NCBI GenBank assembly: GCA_963836185.1 | Contig: CAWIIQ010000002.1 | Coordinates: 256,001 to 320,000, forward strand | Source of the DNA: Candidatus Krumholzibacteriia bacterium | GTDB taxonomy: Bacteria > Krumholzibacteriota > Krumholzibacteriia > Krumholzibacteriales > Krumholzibacteriaceae | DNA length: 64,000 bases | Direction of reading: 5' to 3' | Part shown: positions 62,432 to 64,000 of the stretch, one piece after another | Layout of the letters: each line of letters starts with the position of its first letter | How positions within the stretch are numbered: position 1 is the stretch's first letter | Program-made: the position numbers and the translations under genes | Notes under the pieces: model-generated | Told to the model about the DNA's origin: nothing | The model's input: the letters and a program-made list of their open reading frames with translations, nothing else | The model's database searches: none

Positions 62432-63577
62432 ATGTCTGAGAAGCATCTTTTTACCTCTGAATCGGTGACCGAGGGACATCCCGACAAGGTCGCGGACCAG
62501 ATATCGGACGCGGTAGTCGACGCTATCCTCGCGGAGGACCCGATGGGACGGGTTGCCTGTGAGACACTGGTCACGACCGGAATGGTATTCATCGCGGGCG
62601 AGATCACGACTGAGGCGTATGTCGCCGATTCCGACGATCGCGCGTGAAGTCGTCCAGCGATATCGGCTATAACGATCCCCACCTGGGATTCGCATCGGAG
62701 ACATCGGCGGTCATCACTTCGATCGATCCGCAGTCCGGCGATATCGCGATGGGTGTCGATACCGGCGGAGCGGGCGACCAGGGGATGATGTTCGGTTTCG
62801 CCTGCACCCAGACCGATGTCCTGATGCCGATGCCTATCCACATGGCTCACCTCCTCGTCAGGAAGATGTCAGAGGTGCGAAAGGGCGGGGTCGACTGGAT
62901 CAAGCCGGACGGCAAGTCGCAGGTCACGATCGAGTATATCGACAACGTCCCGCACAAGATCAATACGGTTCTGCTTTCGACCCAGCACAGCGCCGAGATC
63001 TCTCACGATGAGATCGAGGCCGGAGCTGACAGAAGCTCGTGATCGAGCCGGTCGGCTCGGGCTTCGACATCGATTCATCCGATTACAGGATCCTGGTCAA
63101 CCCGACCGGCGAAGTTCGTCAAGGGTGGGCCCGCAGGCCGACACCGGACTGACCGGAAGGAAGATCATCGTCGACACATACGGCGGATTCGGCAGTCACG
63201 GTGGAGGAGCTTTCTCGGGGAAGGATCCGACAAAGGTCGACCGCAGCGCCTCGTATGCCGCAAGGCACGTCGCGAAGAATATCGTAGGCGCCGGATTCGC
63301 TCGCGAGTGCGAGGTCCAGCTGGCATACGCGATCGGCGTTGCCGAGCCGGTCTCGGTGATGGTCGACACCTTCGGCACAGGCAAGATCAGCGACGAAGAG
63401 CTGACGAAGATCGTCCGCGAGGTCTTCGACCTCACGCCGAAGGGAATCATAGAGAGACTCGACCTGAGACGCCCGATCTACCGCAAGACCGCGGCGTTCG
63501 GGCATTTCGGGCGAGAAGAGGATACATTCACCTGGGAGAAACTCGACTACGTCGACAAGCTCAAGGCAAAAGCATAG
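62432..63577 (+). CDS. metK: S-adenosylmethionine synthetase (several frameshifts)
   Basis: [55 protein letters not shown]. Confidence 0.97.
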
Positions 63578-63589
63578 AAAGGGAAACGG

Positions 63590-64000
63590 ATGAAATACGA
63601 CGCCAAGGATCTTGCACTGGCCCCTGAGGGCAGGGACAGGATCGAATGGGCCGACTCGACGATGCCGGTCCTCCGCATGATCAGGGAACGCTTCGAGGCG
63701 GAAAAGCCGCTCGACGGTGTCAGGATCGCCTCCTGCCTCCACGTAACGACCGAGACCGCAAATCTCATGAGAACACTCAAGGCGGGCGGAGCCGAGGTTG
63801 CCCTCTGCGCCTCCAATCCGCTGAGCACCCAGGACGACGTGGTCGCATCGCTCGTAGAGGACTACGGGATCTCGGTATTCGCCGTCCGCGGCGCCGACAA
63901 CGATCTCTATTACAGCCACATCAACTCTGCCCTGGACATCAAGCCGAACATCACGATGGATGATGGCGCCGACATGGTCAGTATGATCCACAAGACACGA
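63590..64000 (+). CDS. ahcY: Adenosylhomocysteinase (runs off the window)
   Basis: Manual translation: [38 protein letters not shown]. Confidence 0.95.
   Translation, partial: MKYDAKDLALAPEGRDRIEWADSTMPVLRMIRERFEAEKPLDGVRIASCLHVTTETANLMRTLKAGGAEVALCASNPLSTQDDVVASLVEDYGISVFAVRGADNDLYYSHINSALDIKPNITMDDGADMVSMIHKTR

Overview
A GC-rich (about 60% by eye) bacterial chromosome segment from a diderm, LPS-making, probably anaerobic organism. The NYPNPFNP/FlgD-Ig C-terminal sorting domain, PorT-like barrel and gene order suggest an FCB-related lineage such as Krumholzibacteriota/Latescibacterota (inference). Most of the window is housekeeping: a Lon-like protease, truA, tal-htrA-purB-purL-purQ-purS-purF-tldD-radical SAM-rne, rplU-rpmA, two-subunit fumarase, kdsB-pyrG-kdsA-kdsD, lpxL-lptC-lptB-rpoN-lipA-hpf-hprK, a mannose-family PTS interrupted by a GH57 gene, ptsH-ptsI, pgi/pmi, a nucleotidyltransferase, metK and ahcY. 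At least 13 genes, several normally essential, carry small indels that look like long-read errors. I found no tRNA, rRNA, CRISPR array, integrase or transposase. The most interesting unexplained signals are non-coding. (1) A roughly 345-nt structured minus-strand locus with no convincing ORF lies between a sigma54 -24/-12 motif and an intrinsic terminator (16412-16784). (2) Two related 65-69 nt stem-loops with a shared 19-nt core and compensatory stem changes flank an orphan gene in an accessory block between rne and rplU. (3) A repeat complex at 15229-15740 contains a duplicated 99-bp unit, a perfect 28-bp palindrome and a decaying 14-bp tandem array. Unusual proteins include a double-length PurS, a lipoprotein/PorT-barrel fusion and an 8-repeat propeller with a C-terminal sorting domain. 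All family assignments come from reading motifs by eye; no database searches were run.
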